NCBI RefSeq assembly: GCF_000281045.1
Contig: NW_008246139.1
Location: 151,362-206,545, forward strand
Reading direction: 5' to 3'
Source of the DNA: Saprolegnia diclina VS20
Lineage: Eukaryota
Length of the DNA: 55,184 nt
Shown here: positions 20,484 through 30,381 of the stretch, piece after piece
Position numbering within the stretch: the stretch's first letter is position 1
How the letters are laid out: each line of letters begins with the position of its first letter
Translations under genes and position numbers: made by a program
The notes under the pieces: model-generated
The model's input: only the letters and a program-made list of their open reading frames with translations
What the model was told of the DNA's origin: nothing
Database searches by the model: none

Positions 20484-21965
20484 ATGACGGCAGGACGACC
20501 TCGGCGCGTACCCGACGGCCTCCTCCAGCCCGGCCTCCTCGAGGCGATGGCGTCCTGGATCCAGAAGCCAGTGGATTTTGAGACGTTCCTCGATGCAACT
20601 CCGCCGTCGCTCTGGTCGCCGGCGATGGCGGCGTGGCGAGTGCTGCAAGCCAACGATCACATGCAGCTCCGATGGCCCTCGATCACGTTGAACGTGGAAG
20701 AGCTTTCGACCGACGAGCGGCGCGCGCTGAGCCAAGTCATGTCGCTCCAGCCCTCCATGTGCCTCGCGGACGCTGTCTCTGACGTGAGCGAGCTGGCTGC
20801 GCTCGTGCCCTACATTGGCTCGACGATCCAAGTCCTCGCGGTTTGCATCGACGTGCGCAAGCTACATCCTGGCGACGGTCGAGCGCTTGTCGACCTCGTA
20901 CGCCGCTGCTCGTCCCTCCAGGAATTGGCCCTGCACATGGAAGGACAAGTGGCAGGCGACGAACCCGAACTGGACGCATTTTTTCACGCTATGGTCCACC
21001 CGACAGTGCGCGAGCTCAACTTGAGCCTTCGAAACTCGCCGCCGCCGGCGTGCCTAGGTCATCTCGTGGCGCAGTGGCTGCGGCTAGGACGCGCCAGAAC
21101 GCTCCAACTCTCACATATCACGGCCATGCCCGCGCTCGTCGCGGAAGCGCTCTGCGACGCCCTACAAGCCAGTACGACGCTGCAAACACTCGAGCTTGAA
21201 GCCGTCGAAGGGCTTGACGGCTTCCGAGGCCGCCGACTGCCCTTGAGTCTTCGTCACTTGCTTTGGGACGACGAGCACTTTAGCGAAGACGCACCCGAGG
21301 AAGACGATGCGCCGAGCGATGCGGCACTCGACCACCTCGCCCAAGCGCTCCAGCATACGCGTGTCCAACGCCTAAGCTACCAGTTCGTTGGCGAGCTCGC
21401 GTCGCGGCCTTTGGTATGGCCAATGCTCGCACAACTGACGACGCTGCAGCTCTCGGTCGAAGGGATGGACACGGACCGATGGTCGGCGTTGCTTTCGGGT
21501 CTGGCCCACCTACGTTCGTTGCGGCATCTGTCGCTCACCCCCAACTACTTGGGCGCGCGACGGCTCCGAGGACTCCTCACAGCGTTGACGCAGTGTCCGT
21601 GCCTCGAATCGCTCAACATTCGCACCAACCTCTTGGACGGTGCGGCCATGACTGCGCTTTTGGTCGCGGTACCACAGCTTATGTCCCTACGCGAGCTCGA
21701 TGCCTCGCACGGCGTCGGCGCGTGGTCGTTGATGCACATGGACAACGTTGTACATCACCTCGTGGCTGCTGGCCGCCAGCTGCACTCGCTTGTGCTCTCA
21801 CCGGCTCGCGAGAGCAACATTGACAGACAGAATAAGCAGCGCGTGTTGTCTGCGCTGGAGCGGGCGGAGGACCAGCCATTCTACATGCTCGAGCCGAATG
21901 CACGGCCCGCGTTTGAGCTCTTGCGCTCCGAAGACAAAGCGACGCGCTGCCACTTGATGTTGTGA
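20484..21965 (+). CDS. F-box-like/RNI-like LRR protein, copy 2 (closest to copy 1)
   Basis: Shares LHPG.G.A..DLVR.CSSL.EL, EPELDA, HPTVR, G.DG.RGRRLP.SLR, LVAAGR.L.SL and DQPFY with copy 1. Ends CHLML. Confidence 0.85.
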   Translation: MTAGRPRRVPDGLLQPGLLEAMASWIQKPVDFETFLDATPPSLWSPAMAAWRVLQANDHMQLRWPSITLNVEELSTDERRALSQVMSLQPSMCLADAVSDVSELAALVPYIGSTIQVLAVCIDVRKLHPGDGRALVDLVRRCSSLQELALHMEGQVAGDEPELDAFFHAMVHPTVRELNLSLRNSPPPACLGHLVAQWLRLGRARTLQLSHITAMPALVAEALCDALQASTTLQTLELEAVEGLDGFRGRRLPLSLRHLLWDDEHFSEDAPEEDDAPSDAALDHLAQALQHTRVQRLSYQFVGELASRPLVWPMLAQLTTLQLSVEGMDTDRWSALLSGLAHLRSLRHLSLTPNYLGARRLRGLLTALTQCPCLESLNIRTNLLDGAAMTALLVAVPQLMSLRELDASHGVGAWSLMHMDNVVHHLVAAGRQLHSLVLSPARESNIDRQNKQRVLSALERAEDQPFYMLEPNARPAFELLRSEDKATRCHLML

Positions 21966-22124
21966 GTGTCGCCGAATGTAAGCAGGTGAATTGAATACTA
22001 TCACTGGTGCACATGACGTAATGTCTGCCATTTACTTGCCATTGGCCGCTGTGGACCAAGAGGCCGTGCTGGCGTGCCACGTCATACCTCTGAAATTGGA
22101 TATATTATCCGAACTTGCGTTCCG

Positions 22125-23597
22125 ATGGCCAACGTGGCAAGCATCGCCCATGCGGTCTTGGCGCCCGAGATCACCGAGATGATTGCGCTGCTGCTGCCAG
22201 GGCCCGATGCCCTTGTCACGTTCATGGGCGCGCTGCCGGCGTGGGCCAAGACCCCGGCGCTCGCCGCTCTCTCACGATTGTTCTCGATTCCGACTCTAGC
22301 ATCGGTGGCATGGCCTTCGATCACCGTGCGCCGCCCACATCTCTCGAGCGCGACGTCCCATGACCTTGCCGCTGTCATCCCGCTGCGTCCACGCATCCAC
22401 GTTGCCTACGCGATCAGCGCGCGCGACGACTTTGCGGTTGTCGCCGGGGCCGCCTCGTGCATCTCGTCGCTGCGGTTTGACATTCAGGATGCTCTCGATC
22501 AAGCGACGTGGACCTTCTTCCGCTCGACTGTTGCCTCGTGCACGCGCCTCGAGAGCCTCGACTATACCGATCGGACAGGCGGCGACAACGCGCTCGGCGG
22601 TGTCTTCATGGACCTTCCGCGCCTCACGTCGCTCTCGCTCGGCAGTCGCATGGATGGCAGCGAGGTCCACCTGACGACCGGCTTTTGCGAGCGCTTCGCC
22701 ATCTGGCTGCAGACGATGCCCGTGGTCACCTTGAAGTTTGGTCATGTCGCACTGGACGTCGAGCCAACATCGGCACTCTGCGGCGCTCTCTGTGACGCGA
22801 TCGCATCCAATGACACGCTCACGTCACTGGCTCTCAACAACGTCAACGTGTTTGAAGGTGCCTTCTTGCACGGACGAGCGCTGCCGACGAACTTGACGTC
22901 GCTCGAGTGGGACAAGGACGACGTGCACGATGACAACGGCACTGACGAAGGCTTGGCAAACTTTGTGACTGCGCTCATCGAAGGTCCGCACCTGCGACAT
23001 CTCGGCTGCAAGCGATTCGAAGAGCTCTGGGAGCACGACGAGGTAGTCGAGAAGCTCCGACACCTCACGTCCCTCGAGGTTCAAGCAGTCGACTTGGAGG
23101 TGCTAGAGCTTTTGACGCACCTGCCAGACGTAGAAGAGCTCAACGTCAAGGGCTCGATCTTAGAGTACGAGGTCGTACACGAGCTCGTGAGCGTGCTGTG
23201 CAGCTGCCAAAACCTCCGGGCGCTCACGATGAAGCACAACAACCTTGGTCCGACCGACCTCGAGCTTGTACTACAGCACGTACCACAGATGCCTCGCCTG
23301 CAGCACCTCGATGTCTCGGAGCACCAACTCACCATGGACGACATCCTCGGAATGCTTGCAGCGCTCAACACGGCGGCGATGAGACTCCAGACCATCCGAC
23401 TGCATGGCTTCTGGGGGCCCCTCGAGATTGAGGCGTTTGCAAACGCTGTCGCCCACCTACCACAGCGCCATGTTGCGCTCGTGCCCCGTCTGCCCGACCC
23501 ATGGAGTGCCGAGATCCAGGCGTTTTGCACGCGGTCAATCCACGAGTACAACCTCGCGCCACAAGCCGGCTCCACACAGTGCATAGTCTATTTCTAG
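22125..23597 (+). CDS. F-box-like/RNI-like LRR protein, copy 3
   Basis: VLAPEITEMIALLL...AKTPALAALSRLF...WPSITV; FLHGRALPTNLTSLEW; LRRs such as LRALTMKHNNL and LQHLDVSEHQL. Ends CIVYF. Confidence 0.85.
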   Translation: MANVASIAHAVLAPEITEMIALLLPGPDALVTFMGALPAWAKTPALAALSRLFSIPTLASVAWPSITVRRPHLSSATSHDLAAVIPLRPRIHVAYAISARDDFAVVAGAASCISSLRFDIQDALDQATWTFFRSTVASCTRLESLDYTDRTGGDNALGGVFMDLPRLTSLSLGSRMDGSEVHLTTGFCERFAIWLQTMPVVTLKFGHVALDVEPTSALCGALCDAIASNDTLTSLALNNVNVFEGAFLHGRALPTNLTSLEWDKDDVHDDNGTDEGLANFVTALIEGPHLRHLGCKRFEELWEHDEVVEKLRHLTSLEVQAVDLEVLELLTHLPDVEELNVKGSILEYEVVHELVSVLCSCQNLRALTMKHNNLGPTDLELVLQHVPQMPRLQHLDVSEHQLTMDDILGMLAALNTAAMRLQTIRLHGFWGPLEIEAFANAVAHLPQRHVALVPRLPDPWSAEIQAFCTRSIHEYNLAPQAGSTQCIVYF

Positions 23598-24054
23598 TCG
23601 TGTTTCTTCTAAAGTCCATGTATTGTCTTCATGCTAGCAACGACTTGGCATCGCACTCGGTCAACAGGACGACAAGCTTCGCTCGTCCAGGTGTCTCTAC
23701 AGTGGAGTCTCGTGCAGAATACCTAGCATCAATCAGCATCGCGGTTTGTAAGGCCAACTATGGCGTCTGTGCTACTGCATGAGCCAACGTCTTGGGTGGT
23801 ATTGTCGAATCGCATTGGTGTTCCCGCGTTGGCAGGGCAAACTGGCCTCTCCGCTTGCCACGTCATATATCTAAAAATAGAATGTGGTTGCTTGTATCGA
23901 ATGCAGCAGATCAAGCCTCAAGGTACCGGTATGCGGCGAGAGATGATGGCACCGCCAAGCCGCATCGTGGTGCTTTCCGTCGCTTCGCCACGCTCCTCCC
24001 AAGGACAACTAGTATGATATCACGCGACATGTGTTGATGGATACACTGCCGTTG

Positions 24055-24439
24055 ACAGTTATCACAAAACCGCGTTCCGCTACCTCTGGCCAGTGCTCCG
24101 CGCCTGCGTCTGGTTCAACGTCTGGCGCGTCCGCAACGATCGCGTCTTTCGCGCCGACCTCCCACTGCCAAGTCCATAGATGATTGCCGTCAAAGCGGCG
24201 CGTGTCGCTCAAATGCACTTGCACCACAGCCTCATACAAAATCCCGGGCAGATGGCTCTACGTCGCCTTCTCCGGCTCCTCGCTCAACACGAGTGGCCGC
24301 GCCAGCACCTTGGCCCGCGGGCCCAGATCAAGATCATCACCAGCGTCTACACAACGAAGCAAGTCCGACAATTTTATTTAGCGTAATTTTACGTATCTAT
24401 TTTAATAGAGGTCCCACTTCAACAACAGTTATCACAAAA
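24055..24439 (+). mobile_element. 5'-truncated non-LTR retrotransposon (LINE, L1/Tx1-like ORF2 C-terminus), insert 24070-24424, flanked by a 15-bp target-site duplication
   Basis: ACAGTTATCACAAAA at 24055-24069 and 24425-24439. The insert reads AFRYLWPVLRACVWFNVWRVRNDRVFRADLPLPSP*MIAVKAAR...; W..(I/V)W..RN..VF is typical of the LINE ORF2 region downstream of zf-RVT. In-frame TAG at 24177; AT-rich 3' end. Confidence 0.75.
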
Positions 24440-24867
24440 TAGGTCCCTTGGGGGATCAGCTGGTAGGAACTTTTGTATTCAATGCAAAGCGTTCATTAAC
24501 GGTATTGCTACGACGGTGCGTTGGCCTACCTTCGCTGCGCTGCGGTGTGCAGACTTTTCCGGGCCAACACGCCGTCGTCGCTTGCTGCAGTCTTCGCGCG
24601 CTTCTGAAATCGCACGTAATCGGAACGTTGCGTGAATTTCGTTTAAGTACGCCGGCGCACTTCAGCGCAATTGTTTTACTTTAATCAAGTATAACGTCCG
24701 AGGATGTGTCAGCACTTAACGGGGAATGCAAAATCGTACTTTAACGAATTTCGCGCGATGCGATTGGCTTAGACGAATGAAACGCAGTTTCATTGACCAA
24801 CAAGGCTCGATATATAGCCAATGGGTTGGCCAGAAAATATGAAGAGCCTTTCAAAAGCAAATTGACG

Positions 24868-26409
24868 ATGCCGAAGCGGCTGGCCCGTGGCCCTGACGAC
24901 AGCGTCTTCGCGCCCGAGATCATCGAGACGATTGCGCGCATGATTCCGTGCCCCGCTTCATTTCGTCGCTTTGTGCGGCTTCTGCAATCCTGCGCCAAAA
25001 CTCCAGCACTCGCGAGCCTCGCGCGTCTCTTCTGCGAGCCGTCCATCGAGATCGCTTGGCCCAGCATCGTCGTGCACAGCCCAGACCTTTCGAGCGCAGC
25101 GTTCAAGGACCTCGGTGCCATTTCGACGCTAGCGCCCAAGAGCGTCATTATCAGCTACGCGATCAAGAAGCGCCAAGACTGGGAGGTTGTGGAAGGCATT
25201 GCGTCGCGCATCACGACGCTCGAGATCAACTTCGAAAGAATGACGACTGACCCCGGCTGCTGCTGCGATATCCTTGATGCGGATACGTGGGCGTACTACC
25301 GCACGGCACTTGCGAGCTGCCAGCGTCTCGAGACGCTCGCGTTGATTGATTCGACGGGCGACATGCGTGCGCTCACCACCGACTTCCTGGACCTGCCCCG
25401 TCTCACGTCGCTCACGCTGGCCTCCAGGGGTTGCAACGCGTCTACGGCGTCGCCAGACATGTTGACGCACCTCGTTACGTGGGTAAGCACAAAGCCCGTC
25501 ACGCACCTCGCGCTGCAGCGCGAAGTGTTTGGTTTGAGGCCGAACGAGCCGAGCATGATCGCACTCGCCGACGCCATTGCCTCGAGCACGTCGCTCACAT
25601 TCCTTCGACTGCATGACGTGCCGCTATTTTCCACCCACTTTCTCTACGGACGGCGTCTCCCCGTCCACCTCAAGTCCCTCGTATGGGACCCGTTCCAATA
25701 CGGAGCCTGGAACAACGTGCAAGGCTGGCGCAACCTTGCCTCGGCCATTCGCCACGGCCCGCAGCTGGACCACCTCTACTGCAAACGGTCTGAAAACTTT
25801 GTGGGACAGGACGTCGCGGTGCTGGCCAAGGTCCAAGGCCTCACGTCGTTCCAAACGTCAGAGTTTGGGGACGACCCGGATCGAGCAACGTCGCTTCGCC
25901 TCCTCAAGCTGCTTGGCTGCATGGTATACTTGAAGCACCTCGGTCTCGTGGCGGTCTGCGTTGACGCTGATATCCATCGCCGGATCATCTCGGTTCTGGG
26001 CAACATGCGCGCTCTTGAGACGCTGGCCCTGGATGTGGCGGGTGTGGCTCCGGACGAATATCGCCAATTGCTGATGGTTATATCGCTCAGCCCGCGATTG
26101 CGCGAGGTCAAGCTCTCCGCGTTCGAGGTCCCGACGGACGTTGTGCTGGCGACCTTGCCGCTCTTGAACGTTGCGACAGAAGGCCTCTTGACCATGTATT
26201 GGGAAGGCGTGCTGTGCAAGAGCGAGCTGCCATATTTTGTGGAGGCCGCCAAGAAGCTTCGCAACCGAAGCTTCGCGCTCATGCCGCATCCGTCGCGATC
26301 CGCGAGATCAAGCCGCCGCTGTGCCAAACTGATCGCCGAGTACGACCTTTCGCAAGGGACAGCACATCCAAGTGCCTCCTCTACGTTTAAGGGCCATCTC
26401 CATTCATAA
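24868..26409 (+). CDS. F-box-like/RNI-like LRR protein, copy 4 (closest to copy 3)
   Basis: VFAPEIIETIARMI...AKTPALASLARLF...WPSIVV; DLPRLTSLTLASR; FLYGRRLPVHLKSLVW. Ends GHLHS, without the terminal Cys. Confidence 0.85.
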   Translation: MPKRLARGPDDSVFAPEIIETIARMIPCPASFRRFVRLLQSCAKTPALASLARLFCEPSIEIAWPSIVVHSPDLSSAAFKDLGAISTLAPKSVIISYAIKKRQDWEVVEGIASRITTLEINFERMTTDPGCCCDILDADTWAYYRTALASCQRLETLALIDSTGDMRALTTDFLDLPRLTSLTLASRGCNASTASPDMLTHLVTWVSTKPVTHLALQREVFGLRPNEPSMIALADAIASSTSLTFLRLHDVPLFSTHFLYGRRLPVHLKSLVWDPFQYGAWNNVQGWRNLASAIRHGPQLDHLYCKRSENFVGQDVAVLAKVQGLTSFQTSEFGDDPDRATSLRLLKLLGCMVYLKHLGLVAVCVDADIHRRIISVLGNMRALETLALDVAGVAPDEYRQLLMVISLSPRLREVKLSAFEVPTDVVLATLPLLNVATEGLLTMYWEGVLCKSELPYFVEAAKKLRNRSFALMPHPSRSARSSRRCAKLIAEYDLSQGTAHPSASSTFKGHLHS

Positions 26410-26747
26410 TACATCTGAGAGCTTGGCAGCAAGAGGCAGACGCATCTTTGGTTGCTGCTGCGCTGGAAACAGGTAAAGTTAAAGGGTTCTCCCTTGGCGA
26501 CTTCACAAGCCCTGGTTGCTATTGTTATTTGAATCTGATCAAAATAGGGACTTCCAACTGCGCTCGTGCAACAGGCCGTTGTGTTGTTTAAGGAGCGGTA
26601 GTGGTCATATTGCGGGAGTGGGAGGAACGCGACAGCGTGCAGCCATTACGTGGCATCCCCACGCTACGCATAGTTGGTAATAAAAAGCAAGGACTATTTT
26701 TAATATTGCTTCCTATGGCTCAATACGGATAGCGTCATGTAAACCGG

Positions 26748-28259
26748 ATGTCAGCCTCGAAGCGACAATGCATCCGCCGCAGCCAGGCGGCGCTGCTTGA
26801 CGTGCCAGAGCTCGTCCAGACGATCGCGGCATTTGTCGCCTGCCCGACTTCCTTTCTCAAGCTTGTGGCTGCGCTGCCGCTCTCTGCGCTGTCGCCGCCG
26901 CTTCTCGGCGTTCTGGCGCTCTATGACCATGCTGCCGTCTCGTCCGGGGCCGTGGCCGTCGACTGGCCGCTCGTGATCGTACGCGAGCCGGCGTCCGCCG
27001 CTACACTGGTCTGTCTTCGATCTGTGCGCGAGCTTCTTCCGAGCGTGCGCTTAGGCTACCCACTCCAGGAGCCACAGGACGTCGTCGACCTGCATGACGT
27101 CCTATACGATCTCGTAGTCTCGTTGACGCTACACGTGGGCGCGCCCATGTCCATATCCGATGCCGCCGCGTGCAAGCGCGTCATGGAGCGTTGCCATCGC
27201 CTGTCGGAGCTCACGGTGCTCAACACGGCGGTGGCCGACGAAGGCGACGCCAACTGGGTCGGCGCCTTGCTGCCTGCCATGCCGCTGCGAGCATTCATTT
27301 ACCACGGTGACGTACATAGTCCGCTCGACGCCTCGTTTGTCCGCTCGCTGCTCTACTACCTTGACGACGATCGCGGCTGCACGACGCTCAAGCTCCATCG
27401 CACCGACGTCGACGTCGCCGGCGACACGACGCTGCTTCCCGCACTCTGTGCTGCGATCGTTCGCTGCGCGTCGCTCACGACGCTGAGCCTCAACGGTGTA
27501 CCGTTCCTGCACGGGCCGTTTCTTCGTCAGCAGCGGCTACCGCCCAACGTGTCCCATTTTGAATTCGACAAGCATGGCCTTGTCCGCCAACTTCCGAACG
27601 ACACGGCCGACCTTGGCGTCCTTGTAGCGTCGGGTCAACACCTCCAACACGTAGCTTGCGATGCGCTCTCGGTCGCCGAGCCTGGCGTCGCACATCGTCT
27701 ACGGCAGCTCACGTCGTTCGAGTACACGTGTCGTCCGTATATCGGGTCGCGGCTCTTGCTCTTGCTCTTGCCCCACCTCGTGTCCGTGCGAACACTGGCA
27801 CTAGGGCTTATCACGGGACCGTCGTACTTGTCATCCGAGAAGGTCCAGTTCGTAGCGTGTGTCTTGCCCACCGCGTGCAAGCGTTTACGCCACCTCGACT
27901 TGTCCAACTGCGAACTCTCGTTTCGTGCGATGGCCGTCGTCCTTGCCGCGCTCCCCAAGTGCCGCAGATTAGAGTCGTTGGCTCTTGACGGCTCAGCGCT
28001 CGATGTGGCGCATGTGCAAGGTCTACTGCCGCTCCTAGGACTAACCAAGACGACGCTAACGACCGTGCGACTGAATACGCTCGGGTGGCCGCTCCATGAC
28101 CGGCTCTTGCTCTTACGGGCGCTCGCGGTCGCCGAGCCTGGAGTCGGCGCCGTTGCGTCATGCTTTTCCAGCGCCGACCGCACCGCGTGCGTCGCCTGTA
28201 TCCAAGAACTCGGGCTCACACCGACAAAAGATGCAAAGCAGTGCGTCGTCTACGTTTGA
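26748..28259 (+). CDS. F-box-like/RNI-like LRR protein, copy 5
   Basis: LLDVPELVQTIAAFV...DWPLVIV; FLRQQRLPPNVSHFEF; LRHLDLSNCEL, LESLALDGSAL. Ends CVVYV. Confidence 0.85.
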   Translation: MSASKRQCIRRSQAALLDVPELVQTIAAFVACPTSFLKLVAALPLSALSPPLLGVLALYDHAAVSSGAVAVDWPLVIVREPASAATLVCLRSVRELLPSVRLGYPLQEPQDVVDLHDVLYDLVVSLTLHVGAPMSISDAAACKRVMERCHRLSELTVLNTAVADEGDANWVGALLPAMPLRAFIYHGDVHSPLDASFVRSLLYYLDDDRGCTTLKLHRTDVDVAGDTTLLPALCAAIVRCASLTTLSLNGVPFLHGPFLRQQRLPPNVSHFEFDKHGLVRQLPNDTADLGVLVASGQHLQHVACDALSVAEPGVAHRLRQLTSFEYTCRPYIGSRLLLLLLPHLVSVRTLALGLITGPSYLSSEKVQFVACVLPTACKRLRHLDLSNCELSFRAMAVVLAALPKCRRLESLALDGSALDVAHVQGLLPLLGLTKTTLTTVRLNTLGWPLHDRLLLLRALAVAEPGVGAVASCFSSADRTACVACIQELGLTPTKDAKQCVVYV

Positions 28260-29220
28260 TAAGACTAGTGTTTTGTACTCCATGTGCATCGCTACAGCGC
28301 TTGCCTTGCTTGATGTAGGGACGAAGCAGCAGCAGCAACTTCCTCTATTTCGCTCGCCTCACGGCTCAATGACGATTCAACGGCGGGATCCTTCTCTGAT
28401 CTCTCCGCTTGCCACGTCATCTTGGTCATATTCGCATGGGATTAGCAAAACCCATCGGCAAGTGATCCTTAGCGACGCCTGCCCACACCTCAGGCGCATA
28501 TCAATCTTCATTTTGCTCCGTTGGGACGTCAAGGCAGGAACAAGCAGGAACGACTTACCACGAACACGATGAACGAATCTGAGATTCACGCACCTGCATT
28601 CGCCCACGTACTAAAATACAAGGTTTTGATTGGCTGTTGCCAATGCATCTGCCTCCCAGCGTCACCACGGTCGTCTTGCTCCGCCACCCGCGCGGTCGGC
28701 GGCCAATAGCCAAGGCTCAGTGTGAGGTGCCGATGCTCCGTCGGAGCGGTCGCTTCCCCGTTCTCCATAGCGAAAAAGCGCTGCAAAGGGCGGCGCGAGG
28801 GTGTTCTCGCACACCAGCTTGCCACGTTGCAGATCTATGGAAGGATTTGATCCCACTGTGCCCCTTGCCACGTATGACCTCTTGACCGAAGCGCGCTGCT
28901 TGCGCATCGCTGCTGCAGAGCCAAGCTATCATGGCTCGCGTCGTCGCCCCAAGTAGTCGACGTCGGCGACCTCGACGGGCTCAACGTCGTGGGTGATACG
29001 CGACGCCAATCATAACGCTGTCTTCCTCTGCGCTGGCAATCGCCATCTTGAAGTTGGTCGTGGCCAGCTGGCGACCGTTGCTACCGCCTTTCCTATACTT
29101 GATATTTGTATGCAGCATACAAACCGCAAGGTCTACGTACCACGGGCAAGCCACGGAGGTTTGATCAGTTTGGCTTTACGCGACTCGACCTTTCATCAAC
29201 TACAACACCAACTGAACACC

Positions 29221-30381
29221 ATGCAAGTGCCACCGTCGCTCGCGTCGCTCATCCGCGACAAGGACGTCCTCGTGCTCAACGCTGGCAAGCCCAACCTCAT
29301 GCAGCCGCTCCTCGACCCGGCGCGCAGTATCCGCGTCGTCGACAGTCGCGGGCTCACGTGGCATGCGGTCAAGCCGGCGCAGTTTGTGCGCGGCAACCCG
29401 CTCGCGGTCTCGCTCGACCAGCCCGTCGATCTCGTGTGGAGCAACATGGACTGGAGCAGCGCCGCGGACGACGACGTCTTGACATTCCTCGAGTACGCTT
29501 CGAAGCTCGCTCTCCACGTCGTCCATGCCTACGACCCCAGCGTCAATGCGCCTGCGATGGCCTTTCTGAGCCAGCAGCTCGGCGTCGCACCCTTTGTGCT
29601 GCACCCGACACTTGCAGTGTTCCTGCAAGGCGCGCCATCGACCGACAGCAACGTCGTCGCAGTCTGGTCGGACCGCAAGATGCCGCTCATCTGGCGCGAC
29701 TCGGTGTACGCCAACAAGTGCGCCATCATGGCCGAGCTCTACGAAGCGCAAAAGACGTACATCCAAAGCCTCTTGCCGTCGCATAGCTCGTACATCGAGG
29801 TCGGCTGCGGCACATCTGAAATGGGCTCGGTGCTCTATGACAAGCACGCGACGTACACGGTCGGCGTCGAGATCAACCCGATCATGCTCGAGCTCGCACG
29901 CGAGATGCACCCGGCGATGGCTGCGCACCCGCGCAACTACCTTCTCGAAGGCAACGCGCTCGAGCTCAAGGCGCTACTGCAAGAGAAGATGCCTGCCGAC
30001 TTCTGGACGACCAAGCGCGTCGTCGCGATCGTTATGAACACGTTTGGTATTCTGCCCGCGCACATTCGCCAAGGCGTTGTCGACCAGATGCTCGAGGTAG
30101 CGGGCGACGACGGCGTCGTCGTCATTGGCTGCTGGCACGCCGACAGCTTCCGCCGCGGCGTCGAAGAGTACTACATGAAGAACCCGGCGCTGGTCGGCGA
30201 CCACGTTACGCACGCCATGTGCGACTACGCCAAGGCGCAGCTCTACGTGCCGTCGTCCAAGTACGAGTCGCACTGGTGGTCCGAGGACGAGCTCCGAGGC
30301 TTTGTGCACCACGCGGTCGGTGTCAGCGTGGACGTCCACGTCGCCGGCATTGGCATCTTCCTCACCTGCCGCCGCCAGTAA
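29221..30381 (+). CDS. Class I SAM-dependent methyltransferase with an N-terminal extra (possibly degenerate MTase) domain, 386 aa
   Basis: Motif I YIEVGCGTSEMG (~29791), acidic end of strand 2 (VGVEINP), LEGNALEL, MNTFG. Strong codon bias starts at ATG 29221. Confidence 0.8.
   Translation: MQVPPSLASLIRDKDVLVLNAGKPNLMQPLLDPARSIRVVDSRGLTWHAVKPAQFVRGNPLAVSLDQPVDLVWSNMDWSSAADDDVLTFLEYASKLALHVVHAYDPSVNAPAMAFLSQQLGVAPFVLHPTLAVFLQGAPSTDSNVVAVWSDRKMPLIWRDSVYANKCAIMAELYEAQKTYIQSLLPSHSSYIEVGCGTSEMGSVLYDKHATYTVGVEINPIMLELAREMHPAMAAHPRNYLLEGNALELKALLQEKMPADFWTTKRVVAIVMNTFGILPAHIRQGVVDQMLEVAGDDGVVVIGCWHADSFRRGVEEYYMKNPALVGDHVTHAMCDYAKAQLYVPSSKYESHWWSEDELRGFVHHAVGVSVDVHVAGIGIFLTCRRQ

Noticed and set aside
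30367..30381. CaaX motif at the methyltransferase C-terminus (CRRQ)
   Set aside because: Basic residues at the aliphatic positions; fits the usual terminal strand of class I MTases.
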